A DNA stretch of 64,000 nucleotides. Source: an uncultured Pelagibacteraceae bacterium (lineage in GTDB: Bacteria; Pseudomonadota; Alphaproteobacteria; Pelagibacterales; Pelagibacteraceae). Below, one piece after another: positions 17,718 through 27,672 of this stretch; within the stretch, counting starts at the first letter, position 1, and the number at the start of each line of letters is the position of its first letter. The stretch spans positions 36,065-100,064 of the forward strand of contig CACHJZ010000005.1 of assembly GCA_902580275.1 (NCBI GenBank). Reading direction: 5' to 3'. Both the position numbers and the translations under genes were made by a program. The notes below the pieces were generated by a model. The model was not told where the DNA came from. It made no database searches and saw only the letters and a program-made list of their open reading frames with translations.

Positions 17718-18554
17718 ATGAAAAACATTGAAGTCGAGAAAATAATCAAGCCCATACTTTCGTCAGATGGTGCTGGTGTTAAATTGAAAAGAAGTATTGG
17801 GGTAGAACCAAATTATTATGATCCATTTTTAATGTTAGATGAGTTTGGATCAGAAGATAAAGAGGATTATATAGGTGGTTTTCCACCACATCCTCATAGA
17901 GGAATAGAAACAGTAACATACATGCTTCACGGTGAGTTTGAGCATAAAGATAGTACTGGCGGAAAAGGTAGAATGAAAGCTGGTGATGTGCAGTGGATGA
18001 AAACTGGAAGCGGTATTATTCATTCAGAAATGCCTGCAATGAGCGATGGAAAACTTCAAGGTTTCCAATTATGGATTAACATGCCTGCTAAATTAAAAAT
18101 GAGTAAACCTGAGTACATTTATATCGACTCTAAGGAAATGCAGATACATAAGGATCTGGATAAGACTGTAAAAACAATAGCGGGTAAATTTGAAAAAGCT
18201 GAAGGTCCAATCAAAGGTCATAATGTAGAACCAATTTATTTTGATATAGAATTAAATAAAGATAAAGGGTTTGTATTTGATCTTCCTATTACTCACAATT
18301 CACTAATTTATTTAGTAAATGGTGAAATTCAAATTGGAGAAAAGAAACATGAAAGAATTAGTAATTCAAATTTAATTTTACTATCTAAGGGTGAAAATCT
18401 TAAAGTAAAAAGCGTTTCTAATTCAAAATTCTTGCTTATTTCTGGAAAACCCATTAATGAACAAATTGCTAGAGGAGGTCCGTTCGTTATGAATACTAAA
18501 TCTGAAATTTTACAAGCAGTGAATGATTATCATAATGGAACTTTCGTAAAATAG
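17718..18554 (+). CDS. Pirin-family protein (bicupin)
   Basis: 278 aa with GFPPHPHRGIETVTYML, WMKTGSGIIHSE and QLWINMP. Confidence 0.85.
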   Translation: MKNIEVEKIIKPILSSDGAGVKLKRSIGVEPNYYDPFLMLDEFGSEDKEDYIGGFPPHPHRGIETVTYMLHGEFEHKDSTGGKGRMKAGDVQWMKTGSGIIHSEMPAMSDGKLQGFQLWINMPAKLKMSKPEYIYIDSKEMQIHKDLDKTVKTIAGKFEKAEGPIKGHNVEPIYFDIELNKDKGFVFDLPITHNSLIYLVNGEIQIGEKKHERISNSNLILLSKGENLKVKSVSNSKFLLISGKPINEQIARGGPFVMNTKSEILQAVNDYHNGTFVK

Positions 18555-19528
18555 TGCAAGCAATTGAAATAAAAAAAACTGGTGGTCCTGAAGTTTTAGA
18601 GCTAAAAGATATCCAGCTTGAAGATCCTAAAGATGGTGAAGTTCTTATTAAGCATACAGCGATTGGTTTAAATTATATCGATACATATCACAGATCAGGC
18701 TTATATCCTCTTCCGCTACCATCAGGAATAGGATTAGAAGCAGCTGGTATAATAGAAAAAATTGGAAAAAATGTTGGTGATTTTAAAGAGGGAGATAAAG
18801 TTGCATATGCTGCTGCACCGATAGGCTCTTACTCTTCACATAGAATTTATCCTGTCAAAAGTTTAGTAAAGGTTCCAGATGGAATAGATCTTGAGGTTGT
18901 TGCAACATTAATGACTAAAGGTCTGACAACTTTTTATCTATTACATAAAACATACGCTGTAAAATCAGGTCAAAAAATATTATTTCACGCTGCAGCGGGA
19001 GGCGTTGGTCAAATTTTTTGTCAATGGGCAAAAAGTTTAGGTTGTGATGTGATAGGAACTGTTGGGTCTGATGAAAAACTCGAAATTGCAAAAAAATTTG
19101 GTTGTACTCATGTAATTAATTACTCTAAAGAAGATTTTCAAAAAAAAGTGATGGAAATAACCAATGAGGAAGGTTTGCCAGTTGTCTATGATGGTGTTGG
19201 AAAAGTAACAATGGAAAAATCTCTCGGATGTTTAAAAATGAGAGGGACTTTTGTTTCTTTTGGAAATGCTTCAGGAAAACTTGACCCTCTTGATGTTGGA
19301 AAGTTAATCGCACCAAAAGGACTATTTTTAACTCGTCCTAGTATTGCGCACTATACTGCAACAAGAAAAGAATTGGACGAAGCAGCTGATAAACTTTTCG
19401 AAATGGTGAAAACACAAAAAGTAAAAATTGATATTTTTAAAAAATATGGCTTAAAGGATGCCGTAAATGCCCATAAAGATTTAGAGGGAAGAAAAATTAT
19501 TGGACCCGCAATTATAGTTCCTAATTAG
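18554..19528 (+). CDS. qor: NADPH:quinone oxidoreductase (zeta-crystallin/MDR family)
   Basis: 324 aa. The GTG start overlaps the pirin stop. Motifs include NYIDTYHRSGLYP and the Rossmann motif HAAAGGVGQ. Confidence 0.85.
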   Translation: MQAIEIKKTGGPEVLELKDIQLEDPKDGEVLIKHTAIGLNYIDTYHRSGLYPLPLPSGIGLEAAGIIEKIGKNVGDFKEGDKVAYAAAPIGSYSSHRIYPVKSLVKVPDGIDLEVVATLMTKGLTTFYLLHKTYAVKSGQKILFHAAAGGVGQIFCQWAKSLGCDVIGTVGSDEKLEIAKKFGCTHVINYSKEDFQKKVMEITNEEGLPVVYDGVGKVTMEKSLGCLKMRGTFVSFGNASGKLDPLDVGKLIAPKGLFLTRPSIAHYTATRKELDEAADKLFEMVKTQKVKIDIFKKYGLKDAVNAHKDLEGRKIIGPAIIVPN

Positions 19529-19929
19529 TCAATTTTCACATCCATATCTGACATATGTAAATTAAGAGCATTTGTAGATATTTGTATTTCTCTAATAAAA
19601 AATGCAATTGAAATTATCATTGATAAACAACAAGAGCCGAAAATAACTCTTGCCACAAACAATTCGTCTAAATAAAGGGCAAATACAGTTAACATATTAA
19701 ACAGAAATCCAAAAGCAGCAAACATTATAGTCCACCTTAAAATAGATATACGATTACTTAAATTTAAGAATTGTTTTTGCCATTCTGGTGGTACATGCTT
19801 TTCGTAAACATGCTCATCATGGAGCTCTCGAATTAATTTACTTAAAGTATGAAATCTATTGCTATAAACACCCATAAGAAGTGGAATTGCGGGAAACATA
19901 AGTGCTGTTACAGTATAATCAATATTCAT
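19525..19929 (-). CDS. DUF2721-like membrane protein
   Basis: 134 aa. The N-terminal MFPAIPLLMGVYSNRFHTLSKLIRELH pattern and three TM helices resemble DUF2721, judged from memory of the family pattern. Confidence 0.45.
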   Translation of the reverse strand: MNIDYTVTALMFPAIPLLMGVYSNRFHTLSKLIRELHDEHVYEKHVPPEWQKQFLNLSNRISILRWTIMFAAFGFLFNMLTVFALYLDELFVARVIFGSCCLSMIISIAFFIREIQISTNALNLHMSDMDVKID

Positions 19930-19981
19930 ACGAATCAGTTTGATTATGAATCTACCCTTTGCTATTTACAAGTAAATTCTA

Positions 19982-20851
19982 ATGGAAAAAATAAATCACT
20001 TTATTGAACTTACAAGGATTAAGAGACCTATTGGATATATGCTTTTATTTTGGCCATGTATTTGGGGGTTAACGATAGCTTTTGATTTTTCGAACAATAC
20101 ACAAATTTTTTTAAAGTTTGTCATATTATTTTTATGTGGATCAATATTAATGAGATCGGCTGGATGTATTATAAATGATATTGTAGATAAAGATTTTGAT
20201 GCAAAAGTAGCAAGAACTAAATCAAGACCTATAGCCTCTGGTAAAATTTCTGTAAAGTTAGGTCTTTTTTATTCAGCATTTCTTTGTTTGATTGCTTTTT
20301 TTATTTTAATTCAATTTAATATGTTTACAATAATTTTAGCAATGTGCTCGATGCCATTGGCATTTTCTTATCCCTACATGAAAAGGTTCACTTATTGGCC
20401 TCAATTATTTCTTGGCATTACATTTAATTATGGTTTAGTACTTGGGTGGACAGCCATAAATGAAAATCTTACTATTATTCCATTAATATTTTATTTTGGA
20501 GCCATATTTTGGACATTAGGTTACGACACAATATATGGATACCAAGATTTAAAAGATGATGAAATAATAGGAGTAAAATCTACCTCAATAAAATTTAAAA
20601 AAAACCCAAAAATATTTTTATTCGTATGTTACTCTATATTTTTAATTTGCTTACTCTATACCGGTTATAAGATGAATTTTTCTTATATATATTTTTATGG
20701 TTTAGCATTAATATTTTCACATTTATTTATATTTCAAATTTTGAAACTAGATATAAAAAATGAAAAAAAATGTCTAAATATTTTTAAATCAAATAATTTT
20801 TTAGGATTTTTAGTATTTATAAATATTTTACTCAGCAAAATTATAATATGA
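19982..20851 (+). CDS. ubiA: 4-hydroxybenzoate polyprenyltransferase
   Basis: 289 aa with GCIINDIVDKDFDAKVARTKSRPIASG and YDTIYGYQDLKDDEIIGVKS (the two Asp-rich UbiA motifs). Confidence 0.88.
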   Translation: MEKINHFIELTRIKRPIGYMLLFWPCIWGLTIAFDFSNNTQIFLKFVILFLCGSILMRSAGCIINDIVDKDFDAKVARTKSRPIASGKISVKLGLFYSAFLCLIAFFILIQFNMFTIILAMCSMPLAFSYPYMKRFTYWPQLFLGITFNYGLVLGWTAINENLTIIPLIFYFGAIFWTLGYDTIYGYQDLKDDEIIGVKSTSIKFKKNPKIFLFVCYSIFLICLLYTGYKMNFSYIYFYGLALIFSHLFIFQILKLDIKNEKKCLNIFKSNNFLGFLVFINILLSKIII

Positions 20852-22590
20852 TGACAAATAAAGAAACGCTAGTAAGACTTTATAATAGTTATTCCAAAAG
20901 ATATATTAATAAAATTATTGCATCCATTTTTCTTTCGATGATTGTTGCAGCTGCAACCTCTGCAATTGCCTGGCTTTTAGACCCAGCTATTGAAAAGATT
21001 TTTTTAGAAAAAGATCAAAAGCTTATGTTGATTATTCCACTGGCAATAGTTCTAGCATTTTCTGCCAAAGGAATATCTTTGTATTTAGCAAAAGTTATTA
21101 TGATTGGTGTCGCTGAAGATATTAAAAAAAATATTCAAAAAGATATGATTACTAGTTTAGTCAAGGCGGATACAGCAATAATTGATAATAAACATACTGG
21201 TAAATTTATCTCCAATTTAACCTATGATACTACGCTAATTGTAAATCTTGTCAGCACTGCCTTACTAAATCTTTTCAAGGACTCCATTACTTTAATTGGT
21301 TTATTAATTGTTATGTTTTATCAAAACTGGCAATTATCTTTAATAGCAATAATAATGATACCTTTGGCATCTTTGGCTGCTAAAACTTTAGGGAAAAGAA
21401 TTAGCAAAGTGACAACAGAAGCACAGTTGAAAGCTGGAGAACTTAATAAACATTTGATGGAAATTTTTAAAAATCATAAACTAATAAAGATTTTTCAAAA
21501 AGAAAACTTTGAGGTAGATAGAACAGACACGTTTCTCACCAGCCTAAAAGAAAAGGCAAAAAAAATTAATATTGTTTTTACTAGAGCCTCTCCAATCATG
21601 GAGGTTTTAACTGGTATAATGATAGCTTTATTAATTTACTACTCTGGAAAATTAATCCTTGAGGATGAGTTAGCAATAAATAATTTTTTTTCGTTTTTAG
21701 CTGCTATGATGCTTGCATATCAGCCAGTTCGTTCATTAACAACATTAAATCTCAGTGTTAACACTGGTTTATCAGCCGCTAAAAGAATAATTCCAATCAT
21801 TGACACAAAAAATGAAATAATTGAATCTGAGACTAAAAAAAAACTGGATATTAAAAAGTGTGAAATAAAATTTGAAAATTGTGATTTTAAATATGGTGCT
21901 TCAGAAAATCCAGTTTTAAACAATCTTAATCTGAGTATAGCAGGAGGCAAGATGACTGCTCTAGTTGGATACACCGGCGCTGGAAAATCCTCAATAATAA
22001 ACTTAATACCAAGATTCTATGATTGTCAAAAAGGAGATATCAAGATTGATAATCAATCTATATACGATGTAAGCATATTTGACCTAAGAAAAAATATTTC
22101 GATTGTAACGCAAGATATAACCCTTTTTGACGATACAGTTAAAAATAATATTTTATACGCTAATCAAAATGCTACTGATGAGGAAGTGGCATTAGTAGCA
22201 AAAAATTCATTTGCGGAAGATTTTATAAATAAACTTCCCCAAAAATATAACACTATCATAGGTGAAAATGGTGTCAGACTTTCTGGTGGTGAAAAACAAA
22301 GAATTTCAATTGCACGAGCCATGCTAAAAAAAACCCCTATAATTCTTTTAGATGAAGCTACATCGTCATTAGACGCAGAAACTGAGAATAAAATTCAAAA
22401 TGCTATGGAGATACTTACAGAAAATAAAACAACCATTGTAATAGCGCACAGATTATCAACAATTTTAAATGCACACAAAATTTTTGTAGTTGATAAAGGA
22501 AACATAGTTGCAGATGGAACGCATAAGGAATTAATAGAAAATTCAACAATTTATAAAAAATTTTATCAAAAACAAGTTAAACAAAATTAA
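20848..22590 (+). CDS. msbA: Lipid A export ABC transporter, fused permease/ATPase
   Basis: 580 aa with a six-TM N-terminal domain, Walker A GYTGAGKSS, signature LSGGEKQR and Walker B ILLDEATS. It lies upstream of waaA-lpxK. Confidence 0.85.
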   Translation: MMTNKETLVRLYNSYSKRYINKIIASIFLSMIVAAATSAIAWLLDPAIEKIFLEKDQKLMLIIPLAIVLAFSAKGISLYLAKVIMIGVAEDIKKNIQKDMITSLVKADTAIIDNKHTGKFISNLTYDTTLIVNLVSTALLNLFKDSITLIGLLIVMFYQNWQLSLIAIIMIPLASLAAKTLGKRISKVTTEAQLKAGELNKHLMEIFKNHKLIKIFQKENFEVDRTDTFLTSLKEKAKKINIVFTRASPIMEVLTGIMIALLIYYSGKLILEDELAINNFFSFLAAMMLAYQPVRSLTTLNLSVNTGLSAAKRIIPIIDTKNEIIESETKKKLDIKKCEIKFENCDFKYGASENPVLNNLNLSIAGGKMTALVGYTGAGKSSIINLIPRFYDCQKGDIKIDNQSIYDVSIFDLRKNISIVTQDITLFDDTVKNNILYANQNATDEEVALVAKNSFAEDFINKLPQKYNTIIGENGVRLSGGEKQRISIARAMLKKTPIILLDEATSSLDAETENKIQNAMEILTENKTTIVIAHRLSTILNAHKIFVVDKGNIVADGTHKELIENSTIYKKFYQKQVKQN

Positions 22591-23840
22591 TGGTATTATT
22601 AATCTATAGAATTTTTATTAATTTAATTCTTATATTTTCACCATTAATTATATTGTTTAGAATTTTAAAAAAGAAAGAAGATGTTTACAGATTTAAAGAA
22701 AAATTCTGTTTTTTTTCCAAAAAAAAAATAAAAAAAAAATTAGTGTGGTTTCATGGTGCAAGTGTAGGTGAGATTTCTAGTATTATTCCATTAGTTTTTA
22801 TCCTGGAAAAAAATAAAAAGATAGATCAAATATTAATTACATCATCTACTTTAAGCTCGGCAAAAGTTCTAGAACAGTTTAAATTTAAAAAAACTGTACA
22901 TCAATTTTTTCCAATTGATACAAATAAAATGTCAGAAAATTTTTTAAATTATTGGAAACCCTCTTTAGCTGTTTTTGTTGACTCAGAAATATGGCCTAAT
23001 ATGATTTTAAATTTAAAAAAAGGATCGATACCAATTTTCCTTCTAAATGCAAGAATTACACAAAGATCGTTTAAAAGATGGAAAATATTTCGAGATTTTA
23101 GCAAAACAATTTTTCAATGTATTGATAAATCTATAGTTTCAAATCAAGAAACAAAAAATTATCTTAAATATTTAGGAGTTAAAAATATTAAATCTGTAGG
23201 AAATTTAAAATTTATTCAAAATAAATTTAAAAGACTTACCTTGCCAGAGAGGTTAAGGAAACATATTGTGAATAAAACTACATGGTGCGCAGCAAGTACT
23301 CATAAAGGTGAGGAACAGATATCAATAAATGTGCATAAGATACTTAAAAAAAAATATAGTAATTTACTTAGCGTTATTATTCCAAGGCATATAGATAGAT
23401 CAAAAGAGCTTGTAGAATTGTTTAAAGAAAATAATTTAAAAGTTCATTGTCATAGTTGGAAAACTCAAATACCAAAAAATATTGACATATATCTTGTAGA
23501 TACTTACGGAGAAACTGAAAAATTTTTTAATTTAATTAAAGTTGTTTTTGTTGGTGGTTCTTTAGTAAATCATGGTGGGCAAAATCCTTTAGAGCCAGCA
23601 AGACATGGCTGTAATATTTTATACGGGCCAAATGTAAATAATTTCAAAAAAATCTATGATTTCCTTGACAAAATTCGAATATCTAAAAAAATTCAAGGAG
23701 ATAGAAGCTTATACACAAATATAAAAAAATTAATAAGTAATAAAAATAAAGCTAGATCAGCTAATAAAAGAGTAAAGAAATTAGGCGATAAAATTTCTGC
23801 ATTTGTAATAAAAGAAATTGAAAGTTCATTAATAAAATGA
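22590..23840 (+). CDS. waaA: 3-deoxy-D-manno-octulosonic acid (Kdo) transferase
   Basis: 416 aa with WFHGASVGE, EIWPNMI and GGSLVNHGGQNPLEPA motifs. Confidence 0.85.
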   Translation: MVLLIYRIFINLILIFSPLIILFRILKKKEDVYRFKEKFCFFSKKKIKKKLVWFHGASVGEISSIIPLVFILEKNKKIDQILITSSTLSSAKVLEQFKFKKTVHQFFPIDTNKMSENFLNYWKPSLAVFVDSEIWPNMILNLKKGSIPIFLLNARITQRSFKRWKIFRDFSKTIFQCIDKSIVSNQETKNYLKYLGVKNIKSVGNLKFIQNKFKRLTLPERLRKHIVNKTTWCAASTHKGEEQISINVHKILKKKYSNLLSVIIPRHIDRSKELVELFKENNLKVHCHSWKTQIPKNIDIYLVDTYGETEKFFNLIKVVFVGGSLVNHGGQNPLEPARHGCNILYGPNVNNFKKIYDFLDKIRISKKIQGDRSLYTNIKKLISNKNKARSANKRVKKLGDKISAFVIKEIESSLIK

Positions 23841-24769
23841 TGATTAAAAAACCAAAATTTTGGAATAAAAAAAAACCTAACTTTTTTGCTTACTTATTGA
23901 TGCCTTTCTCTCAGTTAGTGAATTTTTTTAATATAGTAAAAAAGGGTAAAAATTTTAAATTCCCAAATATTAAAACTATTTGTATAGGTAACATTTATAT
24001 CGGGGGCACCGGGAAAACTCCTTTATCAATAAAAGTTTGTCAGCTATTAAATAAAAAAAATATTAGATCAACAGTTCTAAAAAAGTTTTATAAAGAACAT
24101 AAAGATGAACAATTATTAATTAGCAATAAGACAAATTTAATTAGCAAAATAAATAGAAAAAAATGTATAGAAAATGCGATAGAAAAAAATTATGAATTTG
24201 CGATTTTTGATGATGGACTTCAGGATAAGTCTATTAAATATGATTTAAAAATTTGTTGTTTTAATTCAAGCAATTGGATTGGTAATGGTTGCATTATACC
24301 AGCTGGGCCATTAAGAGAGAAGACACAAGCTATAAAAAATTTCGATATAGTTTTCTTAAATGGGCCAAATAAAGAAAACGAAAATATTAAAACTAAAATA
24401 TTTGAAATAAACAGCAATATAAAAATATTTGAAGGTCGTTATAAAGTTAAGAATTCTGAGAAATTAGACAAAACTCAAAATTATTTAGCTTTTTCTGGAA
24501 TAGGAAATCCTGAAAATTTTTATATAACCTTACAAGAAATTAATCTAAATATATCAAAATATTTAACTTTTCCAGACCACTATAATTATAAAAAACTTGA
24601 ATTAGATAATATAAAAAAATATGCGAATAAAAATAATTTAAAAATTATTACAACTGAAAAAGATTATTTAAGAATTAATAAAGAATTTAGACAAGACTTA
24701 GGTTATATTGAGATGGATTTAGAAATAGTAAATGAAAAACAATTTTTAGATTTAGTTTCAAAAAAATGA
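23837..24769 (+). CDS. lpxK: Tetraacyldisaccharide 4'-kinase
   Basis: 310 aa with the P-loop-like GNIYIGGTGKTP, plus DDGLQD and PAGPLRE. Confidence 0.8.
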   Translation: MMIKKPKFWNKKKPNFFAYLLMPFSQLVNFFNIVKKGKNFKFPNIKTICIGNIYIGGTGKTPLSIKVCQLLNKKNIRSTVLKKFYKEHKDEQLLISNKTNLISKINRKKCIENAIEKNYEFAIFDDGLQDKSIKYDLKICCFNSSNWIGNGCIIPAGPLREKTQAIKNFDIVFLNGPNKENENIKTKIFEINSNIKIFEGRYKVKNSEKLDKTQNYLAFSGIGNPENFYITLQEINLNISKYLTFPDHYNYKKLELDNIKKYANKNNLKIITTEKDYLRINKEFRQDLGYIEMDLEIVNEKQFLDLVSKK

Positions 24770-25629
24770 AAACTTTAAGATATTTTATAGAATTTTTATT
24801 TATCAAATTTTTTTTTCTTTTATTTAAGATAATAGGTTATAAAAATTCCTCAAATCTAGGTGGAAAAATTGGTTCTTTTATCGGACCATTGTTTCGCTCA
24901 AAAAGTCTAACTAAAAGTAATATTCAAAACAGTTTACCAAATTTATCACAGGAACAAATTGAGGTATTAATAAAAAAAATGTGGGAAAACTATGGAAGAA
25001 TTTTTTCTGAGTATATGTTTATAGAAAAATTCAGATCAAATAAACTTGAAAAATACTTGAATATAAATGGAATTAAAATTCTGGAAAAAATAAAAAAAAA
25101 TGGAAAGCCAGTAGTTTTTATATCAGGACATTTTAATAATTTTGAATTGATGGCAATGCAATTAGAGATGAATGGAATTAAACTTTCAGCAGTTTATAGA
25201 CCTTTAAATAATTTTTTTTTAAATCGAACGATGGAGAATTTAAGAAAAAGTTTTATTTGTAAAAATCAAATAAAAAAAGGATGGGGTGGTGTCAGAGAAA
25301 TTATTAGGGCATTCTCACAAAATACATCAATAGCCTTGATGATCGATCAAAGAGTTACAGAAGGAGAGAAATCAATATTGTTCAATAGAAACACTTTCAC
25401 AACAACTATTCCTGCTCAGTTGGTAAAGAAATATAATTGTCCAGTGGTTCCAATTTATATTAAGAGAAGAGACAATATTTACTTTGATATTACTGTAGAA
25501 GATCCAATTCATTTTGGTGAATTAGATGATATAAAAAGTATCACTCTTAAACTTAATAAATGGCTTGAAGGCAAAATATCATTGAATCCAGATCAGTGGA
25601 TCTGGACTCATAATAAATGGAAATTATAA
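24766..25629 (+). CDS. Lipid A late (lauroyl/myristoyl-type) acyltransferase family protein
   Basis: 287 aa with the HX4(D/E) acyltransferase motif in SGHFNNFEL, plus C-terminal PDQWIWTHNKWK, typical of LpxL/HtrB relatives. Confidence 0.72.
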   Translation: MKTLRYFIEFLFIKFFFLLFKIIGYKNSSNLGGKIGSFIGPLFRSKSLTKSNIQNSLPNLSQEQIEVLIKKMWENYGRIFSEYMFIEKFRSNKLEKYLNINGIKILEKIKKNGKPVVFISGHFNNFELMAMQLEMNGIKLSAVYRPLNNFFLNRTMENLRKSFICKNQIKKGWGGVREIIRAFSQNTSIALMIDQRVTEGEKSILFNRNTFTTTIPAQLVKKYNCPVVPIYIKRRDNIYFDITVEDPIHFGELDDIKSITLKLNKWLEGKISLNPDQWIWTHNKWKL

Positions 25630-25635
25630 TTTTTT

Positions 25636-25818
25636 TTACTCTCTTTTTTTAGATGCCTCCAGATATGAAAAATATGCTTCCTGTAATTCAACATTCCAAT
25701 AGCTTAGTTTTTCAAGTTGTATTTTTTTACCTGAGACTGCACAAATAACATAATCTCCATTTTCAATTATTTTAAAATTATTGGGTAAATATTTTAATTT
25801 AGCTAATTTATTTTTCAT
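25636..25818 (-). CDS. DUF2093-like small protein
   Basis: 60 aa with ENGDYVICAVSGKKIQLEKLSYWNVELQEAYFS. A small conserved alphaproteobacterial protein is commonly found divergent from purD. Confidence 0.45.
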   Translation of the reverse strand: MKNKLAKLKYLPNNFKIIENGDYVICAVSGKKIQLEKLSYWNVELQEAYFSYLEASKKRE

Positions 25819-25842
25819 TATTTAGTTGTATAAAATATATAT

Positions 25843-27102
25843 ATGAACATTGGAATAATTGGAAGTGGAGGAAGAGAGCATTCACTTTGTTTTAAACTAA
25901 AAGAGTCGGTCTTAGTTGATAAAATATTTTGCTTCCCAGGGAATGCTGGTACAAGATTAATTGCAAAAAATATAAATTTAGACATCACAGATTTTGAAAA
26001 GATTCACAAAACCTGTGAAAAAGAAAAAATAGAATTAATTGTGGTGGGACCAGAAAAGCCTTTGGTAGATGGTATTGTTGACTACTTTAAAGATACAAAA
26101 ATTAAAATTTTTGGTCCTAATAAAATATGCTCACAATTAGAAGGATCAAAAACATTTACAAAAAAACTATGTGAAAAATATAAAATACCCACGTCAGATT
26201 TTAAAATTATTTATGAAGAAAAATCTGCATTTAATTATTTACAAACTGTTGATTATCCTTTGGTAGTCAAAGCAGATGGGCTTGCTGCTGGAAAAGGGGT
26301 ATATATTTGCAAAAGCCATAATGATGCAAAAAAAGCTGTTAAAGAAATTTTTGATGGGCGCTTTGGTAAAGCTGATTGTGTTTTAATTGAACAGTTTTTA
26401 AGTGGGGAGGAAATGAGTTACTTTATTATTTGTGACGGATCAACTTATAAATTTTTTCAAACTGCACAAGATCATAAGCGTGTTGGTGAAAACGATACAG
26501 GTAAAAATACTGGTGGAATGGGTGCATATTCTCCTTCAAGACTATATTGCAATAATTTGGATGAAAAAATAAAAGAAAAAATAATAAAACCTACTTTAAT
26601 GGGTATCAAAGATCTTGGTACAAGTTATCGTGGATTTTTATATATTGGATTGATGATTGTTGAAAATGAACCTTTCCTAATTGAATTTAATGTTAGGATG
26701 GGTGATCCTGAATGCCAAACTATTTTACCTATATTAGAATCTGATTTAGGAGAACTAATTCAAGCCTGCTGTGATAAAAAATTATCGAGTTTTAATATTA
26801 AATGGAAACAAAAAAAAAGTGTGTGTGTAGTTTTGTGTTCAAATGGATATCCAGATAATTATAAAAAAAATATTAAAATTGATCAAATTAAAAATATTAA
26901 ACTTCATCAAAATGAATATATTTTTCATGCGGGTACAAAAATTGAAAATGGAGAGTATTTTGCTACGGGGGGGAGAGTATTAAATATTATCGCAATAAGT
27001 GAAAACTTCAGAAGATCAAAAGATCAAACGTTAAAAATTTTAAATGACATAAACTGGAAAGAGGGTTTTTTTAGAAAAGATATAGCTAATAAAGTTATTT
27101 AA
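25843..27102 (+). CDS. purD: Phosphoribosylamine-glycine ligase
   Basis: 419 aa with IGSGGREHSL, VVKADGLAAGKGV and EFNVRMGDPE. Confidence 0.93.
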   Translation: MNIGIIGSGGREHSLCFKLKESVLVDKIFCFPGNAGTRLIAKNINLDITDFEKIHKTCEKEKIELIVVGPEKPLVDGIVDYFKDTKIKIFGPNKICSQLEGSKTFTKKLCEKYKIPTSDFKIIYEEKSAFNYLQTVDYPLVVKADGLAAGKGVYICKSHNDAKKAVKEIFDGRFGKADCVLIEQFLSGEEMSYFIICDGSTYKFFQTAQDHKRVGENDTGKNTGGMGAYSPSRLYCNNLDEKIKEKIIKPTLMGIKDLGTSYRGFLYIGLMIVENEPFLIEFNVRMGDPECQTILPILESDLGELIQACCDKKLSSFNIKWKQKKSVCVVLCSNGYPDNYKKNIKIDQIKNIKLHQNEYIFHAGTKIENGEYFATGGRVLNIIAISENFRRSKDQTLKILNDINWKEGFFRKDIANKVI

Positions 27103-27672
27103 ATGAGAATAATTGGTGGAAAATTTAAAAATAAAAAAATTCTTTTACCGACTGATGACAAAACAAGACCTCTAAAAGATATGGTAAGAGAATCAATATT
27201 TAATATTATTGAACATTCAAATCTTTTTAAAAATAAAGTTTTATCTTCTTCTGTTTTAGATCTTTACTCAGGGTCGGGATCATTTGGACTGGAATGTTTA
27301 TCAAGAGGAGCATCTAAAGTAGTATTTTGTGAAAGTTATTTACCAGCATATAAAATTTTAAAAAAAAATCTTAATAGCCTTAATTGTCCCGATCAAATAG
27401 AACTATTTAATGAGACGGTTATTAAATTTATAGATACAACAAGTAATAATGTAAATAAATATGATATTATCTTTTTGGACCCACCATACAAAGAGAATAA
27501 TATTGAAGAATTGCTAGAAAAAATTTACGAAAAAAAAAATTTTAAAAAAATCAATTTATTCATTTTACACAGAAATAAGAACACAAAAGATAAATTTCCA
27601 ACAAATTTTAAAATTTTATTAGAAAGAACATATGGTGTGTCTAAAATATATTTTGGAAAATTTAACTTTTGA
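27103..27672 (+). CDS. rsmD: 16S rRNA (guanine966-N2)-methyltransferase
   Basis: 189 aa with MRIIGGKFKNKKI, LDLYSGSGSFGLE (SAM motif I) and FLDPPY. Confidence 0.8.
   Translation: MRIIGGKFKNKKILLPTDDKTRPLKDMVRESIFNIIEHSNLFKNKVLSSSVLDLYSGSGSFGLECLSRGASKVVFCESYLPAYKILKKNLNSLNCPDQIELFNETVIKFIDTTSNNVNKYDIIFLDPPYKENNIEELLEKIYEKKNFKKINLFILHRNKNTKDKFPTNFKILLERTYGVSKIYFGKFNF

Noticed and set aside
22719-22739. Long homopolymer runs in coding sequence as possible phase-variation switches: A10-T-A10 in waaA, A11 at 41894-41904 in the GT9 gene, T10 at about 5053-5062, and multiple A/T runs at 39230-39386.
   Set aside because: In a genome this AT-rich with Lys/Phe-rich proteins, such runs are expected by composition. 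They occur in essential genes such as waaA, where on/off switching is implausible. I kept them only as a caveat (sequencing-error risk) and a minor note for the GT9 gene.
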